64,000 nt of DNA from a virus. Lineage: Duplodnaviria; Heunggongvirae; Uroviricota; Caudoviricetes. The notes below the pieces were generated by a model that saw only the letters and a program-made list of their open reading frames with translations, did not search any database and had not been told where the DNA came from. Positions 1-8,387 of this stretch are shown in pieces. The first letter of the stretch is position 1, and every line of letters begins with the position of its first letter. The position numbers and the translations under genes are program-made. The stretch lies in the IMG/VR virus record IMGVR_UViG_3300034283_001314. One strand, given 5' to 3'.

Positions 1-2
1 GG

Positions 3-1844
3 CTTAAAAAGCTGTTCTCCACAACCACAATGGTTCGTAGAACAGCAGATGGTAAGATTAAAATAATTGATTTTGATGAAACACAGGCTATCGCTACTAA
101 CCTTAGAGATAGATACACTCGTCTTCACTCATCATCAATGAACTCTACTTATGAAAATTATTTAGCATATCAGCAAATAAGACAAGAATTATTTAGAGAT
201 TATGATTCAATGGATATGGACCCAATTATCGGTGCAGCATTGGATATTTACGCAGATGAATCAACGGCTAGAAATGAGTATGGTAGAGTGGTAGAAATTA
301 AAACTAACAACGAACAAATAAAAGAATTATTAGATAATTTATTTTATGATGTTCTTAATGTTGATTTCAATTTATGGCCTTGGACAAGAAATTTGGTTAA
401 ATATGGTGATTTCTTTTTACATTTAGAAATTGCAGATAAATTGGGTATAATAGGTGTTCAACCATTATCAACTTATGAAATTACAAGAGTAGAAGGATTT
501 GACCCAAATAATTGGCAAGCAGTTAAGTTTGTTCATACTCCATTAGCAACAAAATCTATGTTCGTTGCTGGACAAAAGCAAGAATATGAGAACTATGAAA
601 TGGCACACTTTAGATTATTAAGTGATACCAATTTCTTACCTTACGGAAAATCATTCTTAGAAAGTGCAAGAAGATTGTGGAAACAATTATCTTTAATGGA
701 AGATGCTATGATTATTCATAGAATTGTTAGAGCACCACAAAAGAGAATTTTTAAGATAGATGTAGGTGGTATTCCACCAAATGAAGTTGATCAGTATGTT
801 CAAAGAATTATCAACAAATCTAAAAAAACTCCATACGTTAACTCTACGACTGGTGAATATAACTTAAAGTATAATATTCAAAACTTAATGGAAGATTTCT
901 ATTTACCTGTTAGAGGTAGTGATAGTGGAACTGAAATTACAAACTTAGATGGATTAGAGTATTCACCTATTGAGGATATTGATTACTTAAAGAATAAAAT
1001 GTTTGCAGCTTTAAAAATACCTAAACAACATTTAGGATATATTGAAGATGGTAACTCAAAAGCAACATTAGCCGGACAAGATATGAGATTTGCAAAAACA
1101 ATCGAAAGATTACAAAGAATTGTAGTTGATGGATTAGAAAAGATTGCAATCGCCCATTTATACGCACAAGGTATTGATGATACGGAATTAACTAATTTTG
1201 AATTAAGTTTAACAGTACCATCAGTAATATACGAACAAGAAAAAGTAAATCTTTGGACAGCTAAAATTGAATTAATCCAAAAAATGGATCAATTAAAGAT
1301 TATATCTAAAGATTGGATGTATAAAAATATTCTTAATTTTACATTTGAAGAAGCAGAATTACAAAGAGAAGCATTAAAAGATGATGCTAAATTAACATTT
1401 GTATTAAATAACTTAGAACAAACCGGAACAGAAAAACCACAAGAGCAACAAGGTATGTTAGGACAACAACCTGAATTGGGTACTGATGAAGAAGGTAATC
1501 CTATGGATGTTCAACAAGGTGAGGAACAACCAGAAGAAGAACCACAACCAGAAGGACAACCTTTAGATATTGAAGATCAACTTTCTTCATTAGAAAAAGA
1601 ATTGGGAATGGATGGTGAAGTAGAAGAAAGTGCAAAACCAGTTGGAAGACCATCATCTCATACTACTTATGGAAAGGATAAATCACCATTTGGTAGAGAT
1701 CCGTTGGGTAAAAAAGACTGGAGAAATCAAAGTAAAAACGAAAATTTTATTGATATGATTAAAAAATCTATCAAAAAAGATGGAAAACAGATAATAAGAG
1801 AAGGAAATTCAATGATGGATGAACAAAATATCATAGAAAATTAG
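3..1844 (+). CDS. gp20: Portal vertex protein (T4 gp20-like), 5' end probably outside the window
   Basis: Motifs LMEDAMIIHRIVRAPQKRIFKIDVG and EDFYLPVRG..GTEITNL..IEDIDY. The frame stays open upstream of ATG30 (LKKLFSTTT). Acidic C-terminal tail. Confidence 0.93.
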   Translation, partial: LKKLFSTTTMVRRTADGKIKIIDFDETQAIATNLRDRYTRLHSSSMNSTYENYLAYQQIRQELFRDYDSMDMDPIIGAALDIYADESTARNEYGRVVEIKTNNEQIKELLDNLFYDVLNVDFNLWPWTRNLVKYGDFFLHLEIADKLGIIGVQPLSTYEITRVEGFDPNNWQAVKFVHTPLATKSMFVAGQKQEYENYEMAHFRLLSDTNFLPYGKSFLESARRLWKQLSLMEDAMIIHRIVRAPQKRIFKIDVGGIPPNEVDQYVQRIINKSKKTPYVNSTTGEYNLKYNIQNLMEDFYLPVRGSDSGTEITNLDGLEYSPIEDIDYLKNKMFAALKIPKQHLGYIEDGNSKATLAGQDMRFAKTIERLQRIVVDGLEKIAIAHLYAQGIDDTELTNFELSLTVPSVIYEQEKVNLWTAKIELIQKMDQLKIISKDWMYKNILNFTFEEAELQREALKDDAKLTFVLNNLEQTGTEKPQEQQGMLGQQPELGTDEEGNPMDVQQGEEQPEEEPQPEGQPLDIEDQLSSLEKELGMDGEVEESAKPVGRPSSHTTYGKDKSPFGRDPLGKKDWRNQSKNENFIDMIKKSIKKDGKQIIREGNSMMDEQNIIEN

Positions 1845-1862
1845 TTCTTATTTTAAGAGTAT

Positions 1863-1871
1863 ATATTTATA
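1863..1871 (+). promoter_or_regulatory. Putative late promoter motif ATATTTATA
   Basis: One of about 16 exact copies found just upstream of structural genes. Confidence 0.55.
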
Positions 1872-1890
1872 AATGGAACAATGTATATAA

Positions 1891-2781
1891 ATGAAACAAA
1901 TTAAACATTCAAAATTTAGAAACACAGGCTTCCTTTTCGAATTGCTTGTAAGACAAGTGACCTCAGATATTTTAAATAATAGAAAAGGTATCGCAGAAGG
2001 ATTATTAAAAAAGTATTTTAATTCAAAGACAGAATTGTCTAATGAATTGAAACTTTATCAATTTATTGTATCTGAAAAATATAATAGTGAGAATAGAGCT
2101 GAAAAGTTTGTAGATGCAGTAATTGACAGTAGAGCTAAATTAGACGAAAAGAAAATCTTGAAAGAGAAATATAATCTAATTAAAGAGATTAAAGATAATT
2201 ACTCTATTGATGAGTTTTTACGTTCTCAAATACCAAACTATAAGGTATTAGCATCAGTATATAAAATATTTGAATATAAGGTTAATACTGAACAAAATTA
2301 CGATCCAAAAGATTTTATTAATACAAAATATGCATTAGTAGAACATTTAACTGGAAAGGCTATTAATACAAAAGCAATTACCGAATCAACAATTGAAACT
2401 CAACTTAAAAAAGAAGATGAAGAAATTCGTTTGTTGACTTATAATGTATTAATTGAAAACTTTAATAAGAAATACACAAATCTTAATGAACAACAAAAAG
2501 GTTTATTAAAAGAATATATCAATTCATTTACTAATTCTGACAACTTAAAAAAATATGTTGTTAATGAAGTAAAAGTATTGGTTAAAGATTTTAAACAAAT
2601 TGGTACTAAAATAACCGATAAAGTTACAAAAATTAAATTAGCAGAAACAATTAACCAATTATCAAAAATAGTTAGTAGTAGTAAAATCAAAGATAATCAT
2701 ATCACATCGTTAATTATGTGTTATGAATTACAAAAGGAGTTAAAGGATGTCAAATCAACTATCCGAAGAACAACTATCTAA
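1891..2781 (+). CDS. Hypothetical head-module protein (alpha-helical, Lys-rich)
   Basis: 296-aa ORF directly after the portal, preceded by the late motif. Confidence 0.7.
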   Translation: MKQIKHSKFRNTGFLFELLVRQVTSDILNNRKGIAEGLLKKYFNSKTELSNELKLYQFIVSEKYNSENRAEKFVDAVIDSRAKLDEKKILKEKYNLIKEIKDNYSIDEFLRSQIPNYKVLASVYKIFEYKVNTEQNYDPKDFINTKYALVEHLTGKAINTKAITESTIETQLKKEDEEIRLLTYNVLIENFNKKYTNLNEQQKGLLKEYINSFTNSDNLKKYVVNEVKVLVKDFKQIGTKITDKVTKIKLAETINQLSKIVSSSKIKDNHITSLIMCYELQKELKDVKSTIRRTTI

Positions 2782-3382
2782 ACTGAAAGAAACTATTCGT
2801 AAAAGAATTAGAGAATTTACAGGAACTGCAAATGTAGCAGGATATGATACTCCACATGCTTTTGGTAAAAATACTAAAGGTGATAAAGAACGTAAGGTTA
2901 AATCTACTGGCGACGGTTTTGAATTAGCAGAAAATCGTTGGTTAGAATTAAAAAGAGATGAGACAAGAACTCCATCTCAAAAAGTTTCACATGGTATTAG
3001 AGAATTAAAAAATCAATTAGCAGAAATTGAAAAATTTGTTGGTTGGTATAATAGATTAAGAAGTGAAAACAATTTAGGGAAACATGATTTCTTTAAAAGA
3101 ACTAATACAAATATTTATAGAATCAAAGAAAGAATTATAAAAATAGCTAACTCTATTCAAGAAATTGATAAATCTGAAAATGAGGAAAGTATAGAGGAAG
3201 TTGATTCTAAAAAAGCAGGAGCATTAGAAAAATACGCAGTTACAGCTACACCAAAAGGTAGTAATCCTAATGCAAAGAGAGTAACATTAACAAAACCAGC
3301 ACCTAAAGCAACTGCACAAACACAAGCAGCTAGTTTTAGAAAGATGGATAAATATCAAACAATTAGATTAAAAAAGGCATAA
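2747..3382 (+). CDS. Hypothetical protein, probable internal head protein
   Basis: 211 aa. AAGGAG SD at 2734-2739. [IL]xE sites (IRE, LAE, IEE) and a GTANVAGYDTPHAF module. Confidence 0.6.
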   Translation: MSNQLSEEQLSKLKETIRKRIREFTGTANVAGYDTPHAFGKNTKGDKERKVKSTGDGFELAENRWLELKRDETRTPSQKVSHGIRELKNQLAEIEKFVGWYNRLRSENNLGKHDFFKRTNTNIYRIKERIIKIANSIQEIDKSENEESIEEVDSKKAGALEKYAVTATPKGSNPNAKRVTLTKPAPKATAQTQAASFRKMDKYQTIRLKKA

Positions 3383-3383
3383 A

Positions 3384-4040
3384 ATGATAAGATTAACTTC
3401 ATTGGTATCACCACAAGTATTGGGAAAACCAGTAAATTCAAAAACTTCAGTAGTTAAAGAAAACGAAGAACCTGAACAAAATGTAGCTAACGGATTACCT
3501 CAAACTCAGGGTGATGATAAAATCACTATGACTAGAGAATCTTTAAAAAATATAGTTAGAGAAGTAATGAAAGAGGAAGGTGAGTATCAAAAAATATTTC
3601 ATAAATTATTGAATAAATTTGGTGTAAACTCTCCGGCAGATTTAAGTGATGAACAAAAGAAAAAATTCTTTAGTTTAGCTAAGGGTGTTCAAACTGAATT
3701 AAAAGAAAGAATGAAAATCAAAGAAGCAGAATTAACTGGAAACCAATCTAAATTAGATATGGATAAAGATGGTGATATCGAAGCAGATGATTTAGCTAAA
3801 TTAAGAGCTAGTAAAAACGAATCAAACGATGGTGATAGAAGCATTGGAACACCAACAAAACAAGAAACTGATTTAAAGGGTGATATTGAAAAATTAAAAT
3901 CAAATATGCAAGTTATGACAAAAAACGGTGAATATTTTAAAAAAGCACAACGTGTGATGGCTGGATATCAAAAGGAATTAGTGGCAGCTACAAAAAGAAG
4001 ACAAGAAACTGACAAAAAAAGAGCAGCTAATAAAAAATAA
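3384..4040 (+). CDS. Putative internal head protein with EF-hand-like loop
   Basis: MIRLTSL leader; GNQSKLDMDKDGDIEADDLAKLR (DxDxDG loop). Confidence 0.55.
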   Translation: MIRLTSLVSPQVLGKPVNSKTSVVKENEEPEQNVANGLPQTQGDDKITMTRESLKNIVREVMKEEGEYQKIFHKLLNKFGVNSPADLSDEQKKKFFSLAKGVQTELKERMKIKEAELTGNQSKLDMDKDGDIEADDLAKLRASKNESNDGDRSIGTPTKQETDLKGDIEKLKSNMQVMTKNGEYFKKAQRVMAGYQKELVAATKRRQETDKKRAANKK

Positions 4041-4054
4041 TTAGAGAATAGTAT

Positions 4055-4891
4055 ATGTTGTTAAAGAAAGGTGATAATAACGAAAACGTAAAGTTAATGC
4101 AACAAAAGTTGGGTATCGAACCAGCTGTTACTAACTTTGGTCCAAAAACAGAAGCTGCAGTAAAAGCTTGGCAAGCTGCACATGGTTTGGATGCTGACGG
4201 AATAGTTGGTGATAAAACATGGGCAATGATTATGGCAGAAGGACAATCAGTTCCTGCTCCTGTTCAAACTCCAATAGCACCTATTGCTGGTTTAAAATTA
4301 GACAAACTAAAAGGACATATTCCAGATGCAGTAATCTCTATGATTCCTGATACGGCAGCTAAGTTCCAAATTAATACTCCATTAAGATTAGCACACTTCT
4401 TAGCACAATGTGGACATGAAAGTGGTGGATTCCGTTTAACACAAGAAAACTTAAACTATTCAGCAAAAGGTTTGAATGGTATCTTTAAAAAATATTTCCC
4501 AACAGAAGCAGCTGCAGCACCTTATAATAGAAACCCACAAAAGATTGCAAATAAAGTGTATTCTAATAGAATGGGTAACGGAACTGAAGCAAGTGGTGAT
4601 GGATATAAGTTTAGAGGTAGAGGATATATCCAATTGACCGGTAAAGATAACTACACCGCATTTGGTAAATCTATTGGAATTGATATGACTGTTAATCCAG
4701 ATTTAGTAGCATCTCAATACGCATTATTATCAGCAGCATGGTTCTTTACCAAAAACGGATTACATAAGATGGCTGATGAAGGAGCAAGTGATACAGTTGT
4801 AACAAAAATTACTAAAAGAGTAAATGGTGGAACAATTGGATTAGCAGATAGAATAAAACATTTTAAAGAATATTATCACTTATTATCATAG
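4055..4891 (+). CDS. Endolysin: peptidoglycan-binding domain plus glycoside hydrolase family 19
   Basis: PG_binding_1-like FGPKTEAAVKAWQ..GLDADGIVG. GH19 motifs RLAHFLAQCGHES, FRGRGYIQLTGKDNY, ITKRVNGG. Confidence 0.92.
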   Translation: MLLKKGDNNENVKLMQQKLGIEPAVTNFGPKTEAAVKAWQAAHGLDADGIVGDKTWAMIMAEGQSVPAPVQTPIAPIAGLKLDKLKGHIPDAVISMIPDTAAKFQINTPLRLAHFLAQCGHESGGFRLTQENLNYSAKGLNGIFKKYFPTEAAAAPYNRNPQKIANKVYSNRMGNGTEASGDGYKFRGRGYIQLTGKDNYTAFGKSIGIDMTVNPDLVASQYALLSAAWFFTKNGLHKMADEGASDTVVTKITKRVNGGTIGLADRIKHFKEYYHLLS

Positions 4892-4892
4892 T

Positions 4893-5483
4893 ATGGCAAA
4901 GAATTTAATTATAGAACATAACTTATTTGAAGGAAAAATTAAGGAAGACCAAAATGGTAAATTCTTAGTTAAGGGAGTACTTCAAAGAGCAGATGCAGCA
5001 AATCAAAACAATCGTATTTATCCAATGCATATTTTGCAGAGAGAATCTAAGAAATACGAAACCCTAATCAAAGAAAGAAGAGCATTGGGTGAATTAGACC
5101 ATCCAGAATCTACGGTGATTAACTTAAAGAATGTATCTCATAATATTGTAGAAATGTATTGGGAAGACAAAGATTTATGTGGGGTAGTAGAAGTATTATC
5201 AACACCAGCAGGAAACATCTTAAAAGAATTATTTAAACATAATATTCGTTTAGGTATTAGTAGTAGAGGATTAGGTTCAGTTAAACCAAACAGAGATGAA
5301 ACCGTAATGGTACAAGAAGATTTTGAATTAATTGGATTTGATTTTGTTTCTAATCCATCAACACATGGTGCATTTTTATCACCTACTAATATGAATGAAA
5401 GTGTTAGTAAGGAAGTAGATGTATGTGGAGATTTTTGTAGATCACAAGATTTAATGAGACAAATTATAGAGGAATTAAACTAA
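4893..5483 (+). CDS. gp21: Prohead core protein protease (T4 gp21-like)
   Basis: NxNNRIYP, ALGELDHP, NVSH, GISSRGLGS, FDFVSNPS. Confidence 0.93.
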   Translation: MAKNLIIEHNLFEGKIKEDQNGKFLVKGVLQRADAANQNNRIYPMHILQRESKKYETLIKERRALGELDHPESTVINLKNVSHNIVEMYWEDKDLCGVVEVLSTPAGNILKELFKHNIRLGISSRGLGSVKPNRDETVMVQEDFELIGFDFVSNPSTHGAFLSPTNMNESVSKEVDVCGDFCRSQDLMRQIIEELN

Positions 5484-5782
5484 TGATAAAGTTAAAAGAT
5501 TTATTGGGTGAAGCATATAATCCAGCAGAAGCATTCAACAAAAAGGTTAGTAAAATGACCGATAGAAATGAACATAGTGCAGCGGCAGTTGAATTGGCAA
5601 TCTATATGGATGATAAAGATGCAGTAAGAAAATTACAACAAATCAAAAAAGACCACGATAAAAGAGGTTCATTAACAACCGCAGATCAAAAGGAAAGAGA
5701 TGGTTTAGTTGATAAGTTATTAAAAAAAGCAAAGAAAGAATTATCCGAAAAGGACTATAAGTTAATCAATAGTTCATTTTAA
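5483..5782 (+). CDS. Small putative internal head protein (MIKLK-leader family)
   Basis: TAATG coupling to the protease gene; starts MIKLKDLLGE. Confidence 0.6.
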   Translation: MIKLKDLLGEAYNPAEAFNKKVSKMTDRNEHSAAAVELAIYMDDKDAVRKLQQIKKDHDKRGSLTTADQKERDGLVDKLLKKAKKELSEKDYKLINSSF

Positions 5783-5797
5783 TATATTTATAATAGT

Positions 5798-6433
5798 ATG
5801 ATAAAGTTAAAAAAATTAATGGGTGAAGGTGAAGATAAGAAAGCACCATCTCCAATGCACAACGAAGCAAGAAGACATTTCTTAGAAGTGATTTCAACAT
5901 ATAAAGCATTTGGGCCTAAATTAGCAGCAGAACAAGATTTAGCTAAAATAGCTGAAACATTAGGTGCTATTGTAGATGCAGCTCATACTTTTGCAATGAA
6001 AGAAAGTGGAAACAATTTTGATCCTGCAACGGTTAAAAGAAATATGAATGAATTGAACAAATTATCTGGTCAATTTGAAAAAACTGCAAACGAAGCAAAA
6101 CAACTTCAACAAAGATTAGCTTCTATGTATGAAGATATGGGATATGTATTGGGTAAGTATTTTGAAATAGCAGATATTGATGAAGAAACTGCAATGCATA
6201 GATTAGGACATAGAAAACCAAAGGTAGAACAATCATTAAAAATGAGAAATTTAATGCCTGAAGCAGAAGGACCGTGTTGGAAAGGATATCAACAAGTTGG
6301 AATGAAAATGAAAAACGGTAGAGAAGTTCCAAATTGTGTTCCTAAAAATGAAGCAATAGTTAAAGAAAATAAATCAGATTGTGGATGTAATAAAGTACAT
6401 GACTGTGGTTGTGGTGGACATCATAAACACTAA
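5798..6433 (+). CDS. Putative internal head protein (MIKLK-leader family) with Cys/His-rich modules
   Basis: MIKLKKLMGE; CWKGY..VPNCV module; C-terminal DCGCNKVHDCGCGGHHKH. Confidence 0.6.
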   Translation: MIKLKKLMGEGEDKKAPSPMHNEARRHFLEVISTYKAFGPKLAAEQDLAKIAETLGAIVDAAHTFAMKESGNNFDPATVKRNMNELNKLSGQFEKTANEAKQLQQRLASMYEDMGYVLGKYFEIADIDEETAMHRLGHRKPKVEQSLKMRNLMPEAEGPCWKGYQQVGMKMKNGREVPNCVPKNEAIVKENKSDCGCNKVHDCGCGGHHKH

Positions 6434-6450
6434 TAAAAAAGAATATAGAA

Positions 6451-6675
6451 ATGACAAATTATAGAACAAACAAAGTATTTACAGCAACATCAGGTTCAAC
6501 AATTGTTGCAGCACCTGATAAAAGTTGGGGAGTAATGAGAGGAACAAGTGGAGCTGGTACATTATATCTAACAAGTGGTTCAGTATCTATTGCAGATTTA
6601 CCAGTTGGACAACCTTTTCCTTGTTACCCAAATAGTGCATTAGTTAGTGCTGGTTCATTATATTTCTTATCATAA
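6451..6675 (+). CDS. Small beta-rich hypothetical protein (possible capsid decoration)
   Basis: 74 aa, Gly/Ser/Thr-rich, lies in the head module. Confidence 0.5.
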   Translation: MTNYRTNKVFTATSGSTIVAAPDKSWGVMRGTSGAGTLYLTSGSVSIADLPVGQPFPCYPNSALVSAGSLYFLS

Positions 6676-6698
6676 TAAGTTACAAATAAAAATAAAGA

Positions 6699-6938
6699 AT
6701 GATTATTATCGACAATGTCAACAATGACAATTTACAAAAAGCGTTAAAGGTTTTAAAAAAGAAATGGCAAGATAGTGGTGCAGTTGAAGAACTAAGAGAC
6801 AGAAAATACTTCACAAAACCATCTGCAAAAAAGAGAGTTCAAAACGAAAAAGCAGTTAGAAAGCAATTAAGAACTGCAAAAAACAACTTAGAATTCAAAA
6901 ATATTAAACAAATTCCTAAAAAATATATAGGACTTTAA
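6699..6938 (+). CDS. rpsU: Phage-encoded ribosomal protein bS21
   Basis: LQKALKVLKKK..SG.VEELRDRKYFTKPS.KKR matches the bS21 signature; 79 aa, basic. Confidence 0.9.
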   Translation: MIIIDNVNNDNLQKALKVLKKKWQDSGAVEELRDRKYFTKPSAKKRVQNEKAVRKQLRTAKNNLEFKNIKQIPKKYIGL

Positions 6939-6973
6939 TCGTTTAGTATAAAAAGTATATATGTATATTATAT

Positions 6974-7093
6974 ATTTCCTCTATTATTAGGAAATTTTAT
7001 TTTTACGATACTCGATGAATACTCTATCTTTATATAGAGTTCCGAAAGAATATCAAAATTCTATTTAAGCCGCCTAATCCTATAATGGCTTAA
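6974..7093 (+). promoter_or_regulatory. Structured 5' leader (three hairpins) of the scaffold/capsid operon
   Basis: ATTTCCT/AGGAAAT (6974-6995), ACTCTAT/ATAGAGT (7021-7040), TTAAGCC/GGCTTAA (7065-7093). Confidence 0.45.
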
Positions 7094-7115
7094 CAAATCA
7101 AAAGGACATAAAGAA

Positions 7116-8357
7116 ATGGCAAGTTCAAAATTATTGAAAGAAGCAATCGCTGATGCTAAGGCCGTTCGTGAAACTGCATTAGCAAACGCTAAGATTCAAT
7201 TGGAAGAGGCATTTACTCCAAGATTGAAATCAATGCTTTCTCAAAAGTTAAGAGCTGAAGCTGAAGACATGGAATCTGATGAAGATGAAATGAAAGAAGC
7301 ATACGGTGATGACGAAGAGAAAGAAGAAGAGAAAGTTGAAGAAGAATATTCTTCATCTAATATCGGTGCTGGCGATGGTGGTACAACATCAGGTCAGAAC
7401 AACAAAAAACCATCTTATCATGATGCAGGTGCAGAAGATAAGTTGGGTGCAGCTGGTGTAACATCAACATCTAAAAAACCAGAAGCAGAAGTAGAAGAGT
7501 ATGAATTTACAAAATCTATTACTGAAGCTGATGGTGAAGAAGAAGATTTAGCATCAGGTGACGTTAAATTTGCAACTGAAGGTGACGAATTCGATCAAGA
7601 AAATTCAGGTGATGAGCAATCAGCAATGAATAATGAAATGGACGGAAACGAAGACGAAATGCAAGGTGATGACCAATCAGAAGATGATTTGGATTTAGAA
7701 TCTATCATTAGAGAATTAGAGCAAGAATTGCACTATGGCGATAATGAAATGGAAGAAGAGTCTGATGAAGATAATATCGATTCTGATGAGTTTGATCAAA
7801 TGGGTGAAGAAGCTGACGATGTAGATACTGCAATGGATGCTGATAACCCAAATGCGGTTTACGCAAAAGAAGGTGAAGAAAACGATGAAGAAGAAATGAA
7901 CATCGAAGAAATCATCAAAGAATTAGAAGAAGAAGAAAAGGCTGAAGAAGAAGAAAAAGAGAAAGTAGAAGAAACTAAAGTATTGAAAGCAGAATTAGCA
8001 GAAGCTATTTCAGTAATCAAATCTTTGAAATCTACAATCAATGAAGTAAACTTATTGAATGCTAAATTGTTGTTCTCTAATAAATTGTTTAGAAGCTATA
8101 ACTTAACTAACGAGCAAAAATCTAAAGTAATTGACTCTTTAGACAGAACTACAAACGTTAGAGAAGTAAAATTAGTTTACTCAACATTAGCTGAAAGTAT
8201 GAAATTTTCTAACGCATCTACGAAAAAAGCTGTAAAGCAAATCGCAGAAGGTGCTAGTAGAGTTCAAAAATCAACAAAACCAACTGCACAATCAGTAATT
8301 AGTGAAGGTACATCTTACGCTAATAGATTTAAAGAGTTGGCTGGTATTTTAAAATAA
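7116..8357 (+). CDS. gp22: Prohead core scaffolding protein (gp22-like)
   Basis: Very acidic coiled-coil protein immediately upstream of the MCP; C-terminal RFKELAGI. Confidence 0.8.
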   Translation: MASSKLLKEAIADAKAVRETALANAKIQLEEAFTPRLKSMLSQKLRAEAEDMESDEDEMKEAYGDDEEKEEEKVEEEYSSSNIGAGDGGTTSGQNNKKPSYHDAGAEDKLGAAGVTSTSKKPEAEVEEYEFTKSITEADGEEEDLASGDVKFATEGDEFDQENSGDEQSAMNNEMDGNEDEMQGDDQSEDDLDLESIIRELEQELHYGDNEMEEESDEDNIDSDEFDQMGEEADDVDTAMDADNPNAVYAKEGEENDEEEMNIEEIIKELEEEEKAEEEEKEKVEETKVLKAELAEAISVIKSLKSTINEVNLLNAKLLFSNKLFRSYNLTNEQKSKVIDSLDRTTNVREVKLVYSTLAESMKFSNASTKKAVKQIAEGASRVQKSTKPTAQSVISEGTSYANRFKELAGILK

Positions 8358-8387
8358 TTAACAAAAAACAAATAAGGAAAAAACAAA

